This document shows positions 1-8,187 of a DNA stretch of 48,454 bases, piece by piece. The stretch comes from a virus, in the IMG/VR virus record IMGVR_UViG_3300025152_000001. One strand, 5' to 3'. Under the pieces are notes generated by a model. It made no database searches. It was not told the origin of the DNA and saw nothing but the letters and a program-made list of their open reading frames with translations. The stretch's first letter is position 1. Each line of letters starts with the position of its first letter. The position numbers were made by a program, and so were the translations under genes.

Positions 1-51
1 GCGGTTGCGACTTGAAGGGCATAACCCTGCCGACTACAATCGGTGGCTCTC
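1..51. repeat. Terminal direct repeat: bases 1-51 are identical to 48404-48454 (circular-assembly style overlap)
   Basis: Read directly: gcggttgcgacttgaagggcataaccctgccgactacaatcggtggctctc occurs at both window ends. It lies inside 60-bp tandem coding repeats. Confidence 0.9.
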
Positions 52-182
52 TCGACCTTGGCGGTTGCGACTTGAAGGGCATAACCCTGCCAACCACTAT
101 TGATGGCTCTCTCTACCTTAGCGGTTGCGACTTGAAGGGCATAACAATACCAAAAAGATTTAAAAACAAAATTATCAATTAA
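1..182 (+). CDS. 3' part of LRR-like tandem-repeat protein, paralog B (5' part at 48052..48454; continuous once the 51-bp overlap is merged)
   Basis: In-frame 20-aa units (..GCDLKGITLPTTIG GSLDLGGCDLKGITLPTTID GSLYLSGCDLKGITIPKRFKNKIIN), stop TAA 180-182. The C-terminus mirrors that of 45167..46060. Confidence 0.8.
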   Translation, partial: GCDLKGITLPTTIGGSLDLGGCDLKGITLPTTIDGSLYLSGCDLKGITIPKRFKNKIIN

Positions 183-197
183 AAGGAGAATAACAAA

Positions 198-392
198 ATG
201 AGCTATAGCGGAACATGTAAGAATTGTAAGCACTTAAACTTTGACGGAGATACCGGATTTTGTTGTGATAAACACGAAGTGGAGATAATATATTCAGCGA
301 CAAAAGAATGGGATGATGACCGCGGATATTTTGAACATAAAGAGATGATAACACCCAATGAGTGTTGTGGTGATGACTATGAGGCGAGGTAA
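198..392 (+). CDS. hypothetical Cys-rich small protein (64 aa)
   Basis: ORF with AAGGAG upstream of the ATG. Several Cys pairs (CKNCK, FCCD, ECCG). No family recognised. Confidence 0.55.
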   Translation: MSYSGTCKNCKHLNFDGDTGFCCDKHEVEIIYSATKEWDDDRGYFEHKEMITPNECCGDDYEAR

Positions 393-402
393 AATAAACC
401 AC

Positions 403-431
403 TTGACATTGGTTCTGGAATATGTTATAAT
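403..431 (+). promoter_or_regulatory. consensus sigma70/sigmaA promoter (TTGACA-N17-TATAAT with TGT extended -10)
   Basis: ttgaca 403-408, 17-nt spacer ending tatgt, tataat 426-431. Followed by a GGAGGG SD and the ATG at 452. Confidence 0.75.
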
Positions 432-451
432 GATTAAAATAAGGAGGGAAT

Positions 452-844
452 ATGGATTTAACGGAATACAAAAGAACGTGGTATTTAAAAAACAAAGAAA
501 GATGCAAAAAAATAATGAAAATATGGCGTTCTAAAAATAGATTCAATAAAAATGTATTGGCTAGTAAAAAGAAATACGCTGTTAATAATAAAAAAAAGAT
601 AAACATAAGACAACTTAAAAGATGGTATGTTGTGTGTTTCGGTGGGAATAGGGATATTGTTTTGGCTAGAGATAATTATAGGTGTACAAAGTGTGGAGAT
701 AATGGGGGAAACACCAGATTGGTTGTTCACCACATAGACGGAAATAATTGGAAATCCGACAAACCAAACCATAGTTTAGAGAATTTAATAACATTTTGCA
801 ATTCTTGTCACACTAGATTGCACAAAAAGAAAGGAGGGTGGTAA
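452..844 (+). CDS. HNH homing-type endonuclease
   Basis: 130 aa. CTKCG zinc knuckle, then VVHHIDGNNW ... NLITFCNSCHTRLH, a classic H-N-H core. Strong SD. Confidence 0.85.
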   Translation: MDLTEYKRTWYLKNKERCKKIMKIWRSKNRFNKNVLASKKKYAVNNKKKINIRQLKRWYVVCFGGNRDIVLARDNYRCTKCGDNGGNTRLVVHHIDGNNWKSDKPNHSLENLITFCNSCHTRLHKKKGGW

Positions 845-845
845 A

Positions 846-1289
846 TTGGAAATTTTCGACATCGATAAAGCACTTGCATTAATACCAGAAGCCCGTAAAC
901 TTCTCACAGACACTTACAATGAGAAATACAAGGCACATCTGGAAGCGAAACAGAATATAGATAGGAAAGAAGCCAAATTGACACTGGAACTAATGGCAAA
1001 ATACGATATAGATAGTAAAAAGGGTGCGGACAAGCAAACATTACTAAAGAAAATAAAGTCCGAGGTCGTGGAGCTTTTACACCTTGACCGTATGGAGATG
1101 ATATGTCTACAAGCGGAAGTGGAAAAACTCCATCAAGATATTAAGTCTATGACAGAGGAGGGTATTGGGTTAAATGTGAGAATGAGTTTAGAGAAATCAC
1201 TGGTAAACAGTGGGGTGCATTTCGGGGATAACACACCAAGAGGGAAAAGCATATATAGCGATATTAAATCTAAAGGAGGGTTGTTATGA
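846..1289 (+). CDS. hypothetical coiled-coil-like protein (147 aa)
   Basis: TTG start directly after the HNH stop. Charged heptad-like sequence. No family recognised. Confidence 0.55.
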   Translation: MEIFDIDKALALIPEARKLLTDTYNEKYKAHLEAKQNIDRKEAKLTLELMAKYDIDSKKGADKQTLLKKIKSEVVELLHLDRMEMICLQAEVEKLHQDIKSMTEEGIGLNVRMSLEKSLVNSGVHFGDNTPRGKSIYSDIKSKGGLL

Positions 1290-1456
1290 AGGGATTTAGA
1301 GAAGTTAATATATTGATAGACACGGAAACAGAGAAATGGATAACAGACCGTTCTAAGGGTTCTTTCCGAGATACGGTGGCACAGATAGTTAAGAATTGGG
1401 TAGCATATATGAAAACAGTAGAAGATACCAAAAACAAAGAAACAAAGGAGAAATAA
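1286..1456 (+). CDS. small hypothetical protein (56 aa), possibly ribbon-helix-helix-like
   Basis: Not in the ORF track (<60 aa). ATG 1286 preceded by AAAGGAGGG and overlapping the upstream stop. The product MKGFREVNILIDTETEKWITDRSKGSFRDTVAQIVKNW.. has a strand-helix-helix pattern. Confidence 0.45.
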   Translation: MKGFREVNILIDTETEKWITDRSKGSFRDTVAQIVKNWVAYMKTVEDTKNKETKEK

Positions 1457-1650
1457 TGTCATTCGAATGTGAGTGCAATAAATGCAAAGAAGATATAATC
1501 CAAAGGGGCGATGTTTATTGTGATAAATGCTACAAAGAACTAGAAGATATAATTGAAAGCCAAAGAGCAGAAATTGACGAACAAGGGGATAGGATTAACT
1601 CCCTTGAAGAACAAATAGAAGCATTGGAATTGGAAAAATCTGATATATAG
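1456..1650 (+). CDS. small zinc-ribbon plus coiled-coil protein (64 aa)
   Basis: Internal ATG of ORF 1396..1650 with AAAGGAG SD and TAATG overlap. CECNKC...CDKC motif followed by heptads. Confidence 0.55.
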   Translation: MSFECECNKCKEDIIQRGDVYCDKCYKELEDIIESQRAEIDEQGDRINSLEEQIEALELEKSDI

Positions 1651-1658
1651 GAGAAAAA

Positions 1659-2090
1659 ATGAGTGAAGCAACGCAACAGGCAACAATAACAGTGAAGGGA
1701 ATATCGGAAGAAAAGACTACGAAAACAGGTAAGAAATATTTTGGGGTACTAGCTTCTGACGGTACTACTTGGTACAACATAATGGATGTTGCAATGGTTG
1801 GGGTTGTTAGGGGTGCTAATGTTCTGGTTGACTTCTCTATGCTTGGCACTTCTCGTTGGTCACGAAAGACACTTGTATTGGGTGAAGGGAAATTACAGGG
1901 TGCTAGTAAGCCCTCTGGCGAAACAGGAACTCCAAAACAGGAAATTGTACCGTCTAATGTTAACGGTAAAGACACTCTAACCCTTTTACTATCCGCTCAA
2001 ATTCTTAGCATTAAGATTACCACTGGCAAGACCCTTGAAGAAATCTGCGAAGAGTTAAAGGAGATTTACAATGGTATTTCAGGAAAGTGA
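1659..2090 (+). CDS. hypothetical protein (143 aa)
   Basis: ORF with GGAGAAAAA-ATG context in a co-directional block. No family recognised. Confidence 0.6.
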   Translation: MSEATQQATITVKGISEEKTTKTGKKYFGVLASDGTTWYNIMDVAMVGVVRGANVLVDFSMLGTSRWSRKTLVLGEGKLQGASKPSGETGTPKQEIVPSNVNGKDTLTLLLSAQILSIKITTGKTLEEICEELKEIYNGISGK

Positions 2091-2262
2091 AGATGGTACT
2101 TGGAAAGCAGGGATAGAGAAAAGAGATGGTATTGACTACATAGTGATAATCAGTAAAGATAAAAAGGTGGAATGTCCGCTAGATGAGTTTAACGAGATTG
2201 GATTGGTTCTGGGGGTTAGACCGATTAGTGCAAAGGATTATTATGCAAAACACGGGAACTAA
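2071..2262 (+). CDS. hypothetical protein (63 aa)
   Basis: ORF overlapping the upstream gene end by 20 nt. Protein-like composition. Confidence 0.45.
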   Translation: MVFQESEDGTWKAGIEKRDGIDYIVIISKDKKVECPLDEFNEIGLVLGVRPISAKDYYAKHGN

Positions 2263-2539
2263 AGATTTACTAAAGTTGTTTGCTAGTATCTATCCAACAT
2301 ATATGAACGGTTCCCCGTGTATAATAAATTGGGGCAGGGATGGAGCTGTAATTAAGAAGATTAAGGAAGCCTACGAAGATAAAACAGCAGATATGATACG
2401 ACAGTATTTCGCCTATTGGAAATCTGGGTATAACAACTGGGTATCTTCTAAGGCTCCATCTCTAACAATAATGTTGGGTAATATCGGGGATTTGCAAATG
2501 TGGATGAATAAACAAGAGAAAGAGGAGGTGCTAAGATGA
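2243..2539 (+). CDS. hypothetical protein (98 aa)
   Basis: Internal ATG of ORF 2183..2539 preceded by AAGGA. The longer start would overlap 2071..2262 heavily. Confidence 0.5.
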   Translation: MQNTGTKDLLKLFASIYPTYMNGSPCIINWGRDGAVIKKIKEAYEDKTADMIRQYFAYWKSGYNNWVSSKAPSLTIMLGNIGDLQMWMNKQEKEEVLR

Positions 2540-2733
2540 AAAAGAAAATACAAGAGATAGAAGAAGATGGCACACATTGCACCTACAAGAAAGAAATACA
2601 TAGAGCCTGTAAAAATTTCTACATTGCAATAGGAGCGGTTAGCACTTATGGTTTGACAGACGACCAAGCCAAAAAGATAGATGATTTCTACCATATAGCA
2701 CAAGAGATATGTGTTGAATTGGAGGGGAAATGA
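2536..2733 (+). CDS. hypothetical protein (65 aa)
   Basis: ATGA start/stop overlap with the upstream gene. GGAGG SD. Confidence 0.55.
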   Translation: MKKKIQEIEEDGTHCTYKKEIHRACKNFYIAIGAVSTYGLTDDQAKKIDDFYHIAQEICVELEGK

Positions 2734-3101
2734 AATATCCTACAGCAAAACAGGTTGTAAACCTTATTGAGGGATTAACCTGCGAAAGAGAAAATCTAAG
2801 TATGGATTTAGTTTGGAATAGTGGGATAGAAATAGGTGGGAAAACAAGACTGATTCCCGTTTCAGAAGAGCAAAGAAAAGAGATAAATGATTTTATGAGT
2901 GATGTTTACCATTTTACCCATTTCTTTGGTGCTTGTGGTAGAAGAAATCACAAGTCAGATTTGCCTAGATTCTGGGAGAAAGCTAAACAACTTAAAAAAG
3001 ATGGGTTTTGTGATATTTGGAAAAGAGATGATTTTAGTTGGTATACTAAACTACAAAAAAGAATAAAAAAACACGAAAAGAAACAAAAGGTTAAACAATG
3101 A
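2730..3101 (+). CDS. hypothetical protein (123 aa) immediately upstream of the helicase
   Basis: ATGA overlap with the upstream gene. Basic C-terminal tail. No family recognised. Confidence 0.55.
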   Translation: MKYPTAKQVVNLIEGLTCERENLSMDLVWNSGIEIGGKTRLIPVSEEQRKEINDFMSDVYHFTHFFGACGRRNHKSDLPRFWEKAKQLKKDGFCDIWKRDDFSWYTKLQKRIKKHEKKQKVKQ

Positions 3102-4105
3102 CAATAAAGTCACTATCGGGTGAAGTGTTAAAGGACATACTATCTCGTTCTTCCACACCTGAATTTCCTATAGGATTAAGAGATGTTGATGATATTCTCT
3201 GGGGATTAAAGAGGTCTAAACTACACGCCATAGGTGGCAGAACCAGTATGGGAAAATCCGCAGAAATGTTCTTTATAGCAAACCATCTTGTTGGACTTAA
3301 CAAAAAGGTAGGGTTCCTTAACTTAGAAATGACAAACAAGGAAATTATAGAGAGGATGTTATGTCTTAATTGTAAAGTAAGCAATGAGGATATGATTAAA
3401 GGAAGGCTTACACCAGAGCAGAAATATATACTTGAAGAATATATTGGAACAATGCCGGAAGACCACGGTCTTGTTGTAGCAGATAGATTAGATTCCGACT
3501 GGGGGAACGTATCAAACATAAGACGTTTTCTAGATACAAACAAGGTTGATGTTTTATTTCTTGACTATATACAAATGATTCGAGCAAGAGATGACCAGCA
3601 AGAGAGAATACAGTTAGGACAATTTTCAGTAGACCTAGATAGAATAGCCAAAGAATATAATGTTGCTGTTGTTTATGGTTCACAGATAAACAGGGCGGGA
3701 GTTACAGAAGAAAGCCAAGGCATACCAAAACTACATCATTTTAAGGGTTCGGGTGTACTTGAGGAAAATGCCCACGCAGTAATAATAGTCCACTGGTACT
3801 GGAAGGCAATGATGAAAAAGAAAGACGGTACAGAGTACCATCCGAAAGAATATGCAATGTATGTAGCAAAAAATAGGGGTGGTAGAACAGGTCTTGCAAT
3901 AGTGAACTTTACACCAGAACATTACAATTTTGAAGATAGGGAAAAAACAGTATCAGAAACCATATGGGAGGGTAAAGATGCTAACCAAACACGACCTGCA
4001 AATGTTGACAAAGAACACGCAAACGACACTGGACATGATGACCCGAAATATAGACGAGTCGGTCAAAAGCAAGTTAGCATTGGAGAGGGACTTAGTGAAT
4101 TATAA
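3098..4105 (+). CDS. DnaB-family replicative helicase (RecA-like C-terminal domain only)
   Basis: 335 aa. Walker A GGRTSMGKSAEM, Walker B/DnaB motif VLFLDYIQMI, then SQINR and GSGVLEENAH. No N-terminal DnaB domain is evident. Confidence 0.8.
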   Translation: MTIKSLSGEVLKDILSRSSTPEFPIGLRDVDDILWGLKRSKLHAIGGRTSMGKSAEMFFIANHLVGLNKKVGFLNLEMTNKEIIERMLCLNCKVSNEDMIKGRLTPEQKYILEEYIGTMPEDHGLVVADRLDSDWGNVSNIRRFLDTNKVDVLFLDYIQMIRARDDQQERIQLGQFSVDLDRIAKEYNVAVVYGSQINRAGVTEESQGIPKLHHFKGSGVLEENAHAVIIVHWYWKAMMKKKDGTEYHPKEYAMYVAKNRGGRTGLAIVNFTPEHYNFEDREKTVSETIWEGKDANQTRPANVDKEHANDTGHDDPKYRRVGQKQVSIGEGLSEL

Positions 4106-4136
4106 AAACCATTTAAGTTTATTGGAGGGGAAATGA
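3978..4136 (+). CDS. possible small overlapping gene (52 aa) within the helicase 3' end
   Basis: ATG 3978 preceded by the strong SD TGGGAGGGTAAAG. Coiled-coil-like product in a different frame from the helicase tail. Confidence 0.3.
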   Translation: MLTKHDLQMLTKNTQTTLDMMTRNIDESVKSKLALERDLVNYKNHLSLLEGK

Positions 4137-4219
4137 AATTTATATTAGTGGTGATAATAATAACAATTCTCTATCTCTACTGGAGAGATACAAATGGCAG
4201 GGGGGGGGTACTGACGTGA
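4133..4219 (+). CDS. possible 28-aa membrane micropeptide
   Basis: ATG 4133 overlaps the upstream TGA and follows GGAGGGG. The product MKFILVVIIITILYLYWRDTNGRGGVLT is one hydrophobic helix. The reading frame crosses a G9 run. Confidence 0.3.
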   Translation: MKFILVVIIITILYLYWRDTNGRGGVLT

Positions 4220-4419
4220 GTATAGATAAAATATTTCTCTTGACAATTGCCGTAATATTTGGTATAATACATATACGGTTGATTGCGGGGGCGATAACAG
4301 GAATACTTGCGTGTTTGTTTTTACTGTTTTACCAAATGGGAATTGACACACTATACCTGATGTTTAATATGTTCGGGGTAGTGATAAAAATAGAAGGAGT
4401 AAAACAAGATGGAAAATAG
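4216..4419 (+). CDS. possible small 2-TM membrane protein (67 aa, GTG start)
   Basis: Hydrophobic product, but two promoter-like elements lie inside it, so coding status is uncertain. Confidence 0.3.
   Translation: MSIDKIFLLTIAVIFGIIHIRLIAGAITGILACLFLLFYQMGIDTLYLMFNMFGVVIKIEGVKQDGK
4240..4268 (+). promoter_or_regulatory. consensus sigma70/sigmaA promoter (TTGACA-N17-TATAAT, TGG extended -10)
   Basis: ttgaca 4240-4245, 17-nt spacer, tataat 4263-4268. Confidence 0.65.
4343..4370 (+). promoter_or_regulatory. second promoter-like element (TTGACA-N16-TAATAT)
   Basis: ttgaca 4343-4348, taatat 4365-4370, about 40 nt upstream of the ATG at 4409. Confidence 0.45.
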
Positions 4420-5050
4420 TGCAACAGGAATTCCTATAGGAAATTGGATTGGTGCGGATTGTGGTAGTTCTTCTGGAGTAGTTACTGGAAATACAACAGC
4501 AACAAACTATCATTGGGAAGCAATTAGACCATTAACACCATACGGTTTATCTATATCGTGTACACCAGAGGTGAAAGAATATAATCCAATAAAACCTAAA
4601 GGAGGAAAGAAAATGAAATCAACAAAACTAAAAGTGGGAGATAAGGTGAAAATGGATGGGACTACCGGGGAATATACGGTGATTAAACTTCAAAACGAAA
4701 GGCAGGTAGTGTTTAGTTCTGGTGTAGATGGAGCACTGGCATACCGTGCAGAAAAGAGTGAAAATGGTCTGTGGTTTTGCGGTGCTAGTGCAATAGTGAA
4801 GGTTGGCAATGCTATAAAGAAAGTTCCTAGCCTTCTAGTAAAAGGACACACACCCAGATTAGTAATAAAAGTGGGGTGTAAAGAGTTTGACGTTAAGGGG
4901 ATTAACAAATTAGTTAAAAGGTTGTTATCTATGGCTAAGGCATCTAAACAGGTAGTAGGTGGTCAGGCGGTGTTTAGTGGAGAAGGGTTTTATGTTGAAG
5001 ATATAGAAAACGCAATTAAGTGGTTGAAAGAAAACAAAATAACCTCATAG
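4409..5050 (+). CDS. hypothetical protein (213 aa; alternative start at 4613)
   Basis: GAAGGAG SD before 4409. An in-frame ATG at 4613 has an even stronger SD (AAAGGAGGAAAG), so a shorter product is possible. Confidence 0.55.
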   Translation: MENSATGIPIGNWIGADCGSSSGVVTGNTTATNYHWEAIRPLTPYGLSISCTPEVKEYNPIKPKGGKKMKSTKLKVGDKVKMDGTTGEYTVIKLQNERQVVFSSGVDGALAYRAEKSENGLWFCGASAIVKVGNAIKKVPSLLVKGHTPRLVIKVGCKEFDVKGINKLVKRLLSMAKASKQVVGGQAVFSGEGFYVEDIENAIKWLKENKITS

Positions 5051-5059
5051 GAGAATAAT

Positions 5060-5863
5060 ATGGCTTGGATTGAGAACATAATAGATAGGTCTATAATGGC
5101 TAAGGCAAAGGCGAATAAAAGAAGTGGTAAGTTTTCGTTTTCCAAACTTGGACACTGCTTACGACAAATTATGATGGAGGAACGCAAGTATGACGAGTTG
5201 TACCCTGATAAATTTATACCCAATACACCACAGCAAGAGAGGGTGTTTGCAGCTGGGTATTTATTTGAACGGTTTTGTGTTGACAACACCAAGGATATAA
5301 CCGTTGCTTCACAGATACCTTGCGAGTATCGGGGAATTAAGGGAACAGCAGATGTCGTGTTAGATGATAGTGGAAAGAACGTGTTGGGTGACTGGAAATC
5401 AGTTCATAGTGATAAGTTTGGATATTTAAGCAAAGAAGCAAAGCCAGACGAAAGTTATGCAATGCAGATTACCGGCTACTACTTATCTTTAAAGGATAAA
5501 TACAAACTAGAAGATAAGGGTTTGGTAATATATGTCGAGAAGAATAGTATTTTAATAAAAGAAATGGGATTTGAGTTTAAGGATTATATCGGGAAGGTTA
5601 ATGCAAAGATAGACCTTTATGAGAGGGCTTGTGCCGTTGACACGCTTCCTGATGGACTTCCTTTAAGTGAAGAAGGGAAAATACCGTGGCAGTGCTTTAG
5701 TAATGGTGCTAAGAATGGATGTAGGTTGTGGTGTTCGTATATACGGCACTGTGAGAAATACAATACCGAATATTTGAAGGCAATGGAAGAAGAAAAGAAA
5801 ATGAAAGCAGAGAAAGCAGAAAAGAAAGCGAAAGCAGATAAGAAAAAGGGAGGGTTAATATAA
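5060..5863 (+). CDS. Cas4-like / RecB-family PD-(D/E)XK exonuclease with probable Fe-S cysteines
   Basis: 267 aa. GTADVVLD, GDWKS (D-x-K) and QITGYY (QxxxY) motifs. One N-terminal Cys (GHCLRQ) plus C-terminal CRLWCSYIRHC, and a Lys-rich tail. Confidence 0.7.
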   Translation: MAWIENIIDRSIMAKAKANKRSGKFSFSKLGHCLRQIMMEERKYDELYPDKFIPNTPQQERVFAAGYLFERFCVDNTKDITVASQIPCEYRGIKGTADVVLDDSGKNVLGDWKSVHSDKFGYLSKEAKPDESYAMQITGYYLSLKDKYKLEDKGLVIYVEKNSILIKEMGFEFKDYIGKVNAKIDLYERACAVDTLPDGLPLSEEGKIPWQCFSNGAKNGCRLWCSYIRHCEKYNTEYLKAMEEEKKMKAEKAEKKAKADKKKGGLI

Positions 5864-6117
5864 TGACAAATGTGACGATTGGAGGCAAACAATATGTATT
5901 TGAGCAACTTCCTAAGAACATACAGGAATTGTTTTCAGAGAGTTTACAGTACACAGATAGGGCTTCTAAGTTGTATGATGAATCACAGAAGGCACAAGGA
6001 ATTGCAGAGTTTGTTAATGTGAAGTTAAATAAGGAAATATCTCTTCACGACCAGAAAATAGATGCGGTTAAAGATGCCACTAACATCACTCCCATAAAGG
6101 AGAAAACAAATGAATAA
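5863..6117 (+). CDS. hypothetical protein (84 aa)
   Basis: Start abuts the upstream stop. GGAGGG SD. Confidence 0.55.
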   Translation: MTNVTIGGKQYVFEQLPKNIQELFSESLQYTDRASKLYDESQKAQGIAEFVNVKLNKEISLHDQKIDAVKDATNITPIKEKTNE

Positions 6118-6484
6118 AGAAACCACTGATTTAATACAGAAACTAGCAGATAAACTTGGAACCACAGCTGAACACCTATGGGGTGTGTTGCTTAAACAAG
6201 CCCCAATATCTGCAATAACCGAAGGTGTTTTAATGATAATATTATTCACCTCTTTATGCTCTTTCTGGATTTGGTATGGTTCGTGGTATAAGAAAGCATT
6301 GGCAAAAGAGATAAAAAAAGGGTATAGTTATGTTGACGCTGATAGTACAACACCTAAAATTGTTGGATTAACCCTTGCAACCCTTGTATTCATTCTGGTA
6401 TTTTTATTGTCAATAGGTGGGGTTATTGCAGGGCTAATGAACCCCGAATATTGGGCATTAATGCAGATAATCGGAGGTAGATAA
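6110..6484 (+). CDS. hypothetical membrane protein (124 aa)
   Basis: Two clear hydrophobic segments (GVLMIILFTSLCSFWIWYGSW and IVGLTLATLVFILVFLLSIGGVIAGL). Coupled start. Confidence 0.6.
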   Translation: MNKETTDLIQKLADKLGTTAEHLWGVLLKQAPISAITEGVLMIILFTSLCSFWIWYGSWYKKALAKEIKKGYSYVDADSTTPKIVGLTLATLVFILVFLLSIGGVIAGLMNPEYWALMQIIGGR

Positions 6485-6855
6485 TGCAGAAAACGCAAAA
6501 GTGTAGGTGGTGCTTTAATTGTATGAAGAAGGCTCCCGCATTTAATTATATCTGCCTGAAAGATGTATGGACTGAAAGTTTGTCGTATGACACTATCTGT
6601 GGTTCTGAAAAGTTAAATGAAACAGCAAGTAAATGCAAGTTCTATGATGATGACGAGGAATCAACAAAGCCTATAGATTGGAACGGACATATACAGGTGG
6701 AGTTGACAAAGGAAAGAGAAGCATTTGCACCCCTTGTTAGGAAATTGAATAGGCTACCGGTTGCTAACATATCCATAGAGAAAACCCCTATTGCTACATT
6801 GGCAAGGATAAACGGTCATCTGTATAAAATCGGGGAGGTAAAGAGTGCCGAATAA
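6484..6855 (+). CDS. hypothetical protein (123 aa)
   Basis: ATG overlaps the upstream stop. CRWCFNC motif. No family recognised. Confidence 0.55.
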   Translation: MQKTQKCRWCFNCMKKAPAFNYICLKDVWTESLSYDTICGSEKLNETASKCKFYDDDEESTKPIDWNGHIQVELTKEREAFAPLVRKLNRLPVANISIEKTPIATLARINGHLYKIGEVKSAE

Positions 6856-7081
6856 TCCAATGGGTTATGCCTGTGCCGAATGTTTCGGGGTGTATCATAG
6901 TTTAAAAGAAGTGGTATGGAAAAAGAACTGTTCACCATTAAGCCAGAAATACATATGCGGTGGTTGTCTTAGTAGGTTGATAGAAGAACACAAAGTTGAC
7001 GGGGATATATCGTGTGATTTGTGTATTCCCCACACAACTGGTGAAATGAGGGTTATACCAACCAGAAAGAATTTACTGTAA
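6845..7081 (+). CDS. hypothetical zinc-ribbon protein (78 aa, GTG start; ATG alternative at 6860)
   Basis: CAEC...CGGC...CDLC cysteine pairs. Coupled to the upstream gene. Confidence 0.5.
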   Translation: MPNNPMGYACAECFGVYHSLKEVVWKKNCSPLSQKYICGGCLSRLIEEHKVDGDISCDLCIPHTTGEMRVIPTRKNLL

Positions 7082-7091
7082 AGGATAAAAT

Positions 7092-7358
7092 ATGAATAAA
7101 TTAGAACTAAAGGAAAGCCCAAAGTTTGAGTGTGGTATTGTGGTGTCCTTTGGGGAAGATGGAGAAGTGTTTATGAAGCACGGTAGGAACGGTTCCTGTG
7201 AACACTGTTCAGCCGAAGCCATTGCCAGATTAATTAATTTACTCCCAAAGGAAAAGGTTATAAAAGAATTAAAGCATTTATCTTGCAAGAACGGTTTGAC
7301 TAGATATAAGAGCTGTTTCGACTTCGTGGCAAAATCAATGGAGGTGAAAAATGGATAA
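7092..7358 (+). CDS. hypothetical protein (88 aa)
   Basis: AAGGA SD. Protein-like composition. Confidence 0.55.
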   Translation: MNKLELKESPKFECGIVVSFGEDGEVFMKHGRNGSCEHCSAEAIARLINLLPKEKVIKELKHLSCKNGLTRYKSCFDFVAKSMEVKNG

Positions 7359-7518
7359 AATAACAATAGAACATATTGACGGTAATGTTGTGATACACGA
7401 TTTACTATGTGATAGAAAGATGTCTATTACGTTAGAACAGGCTCACGACCTAGCTGTGGGGATAGGATTTATGTTGCAGGATTTAGACCCAGACCAACAC
7501 CCGGAGGCAAAACTATGA
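7351..7518 (+). CDS. small hypothetical protein (55 aa)
   Basis: Not in the ORF track. ATG 7351 follows GGAGGTGAAAA, and the stop overlaps the ATG at 7515. It fills an otherwise empty gap. Confidence 0.45.
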   Translation: MDKITIEHIDGNVVIHDLLCDRKMSITLEQAHDLAVGIGFMLQDLDPDQHPEAKL

Positions 7519-7727
7519 TTATAACTAAGGTGATATGTAATAACGGTTATGGTTATGCCGTTGGTGAGTCGGTTTTAGACCCAATGAGTGGAAATAAAGA
7601 GATTGCAAGTATTGTAGAGCATAGAGCAAAAGGAGATGGAGATAAGTGGTACTATGATGTTATTTACACTGACGATTGTTTTACTAGACTATTTGATGTT
7701 ATAAAAGCAGAATACAGGGAGGTATAA
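7515..7727 (+). CDS. hypothetical protein (70 aa)
   Basis: ATGA coupling with the upstream ORF. GGAGG SD. Confidence 0.55.
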   Translation: MIITKVICNNGYGYAVGESVLDPMSGNKEIASIVEHRAKGDGDKWYYDVIYTDDCFTRLFDVIKAEYREV

Positions 7728-7933
7728 TGTTTAGTGGTTTTTGTGGTATAGAACCATATTTGATACAAGATAACTTTGTTTATTACACGGCAGAACCACC
7801 ACCAGAGTTCTGGGAATGGGTTGAGTACCAAGACAAGTTAAGACACCCGCTATTTATCCACGTAGGACATTTTGAAATTACCGTAAAAATAATAGGAGAT
7901 AAAATAAAATGGACGAACATAAGTCAATCTTAG
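7727..7933 (+). CDS. hypothetical protein (68 aa)
   Basis: TAATG coupling. GGGAGG SD. Confidence 0.5.
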   Translation: MFSGFCGIEPYLIQDNFVYYTAEPPPEFWEWVEYQDKLRHPLFIHVGHFEITVKIIGDKIKWTNISQS

Positions 7934-8187
7934 AAGAAAGTTTGTCGTTAGTTAATGGGGAAAGACAAGACAACTATGGTGACCCTGTTAAGTGTATGGA
8001 ACGAACTATGGCTATATTCTATGCTATATCTGGGATAAAGTTAGAAACAAGGCACGTACCACTGTTTAACATAGCACAGAAATTAGCAAGGGAATATAAT
8101 AAACCTAGCAGGGAAAATAAACTTGATATGTGCGGATACCTCCACATACAGGATTTAGTAGAACAAAAGGAGAAAACAAATGGCTAG
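7909..8187 (+). CDS. conserved phage protein, DUF6378-like (GERQDNYGDP motif)
   Basis: 92 aa. I recall the N-terminal ..NGERQDNYGDP.. motif from a phage domain of unknown or nucleotide-related function. This is memory-based, not searched. Confidence 0.45.
   Translation: MDEHKSILEESLSLVNGERQDNYGDPVKCMERTMAIFYAISGIKLETRHVPLFNIAQKLAREYNKPSRENKLDMCGYLHIQDLVEQKEKTNG

Noticed and set aside
175-606. Antisense shadow ORFs inside well-supported genes: 175-606(-), 1595-1975(-), 3091-3543(-), 17533-17820(+), 19714-20049(+), 22560-22919(+), 32230-32571(+), 32834-33214(-), 33645-33956(+), 34523-34840(+), 34946-35392(+), 40282-40569(+)
   Set aside because: Each lies opposite a gene with motif or synteny support, lacks an SD, and has low-complexity or hydrophobic composition typical of the reverse frames of real genes.
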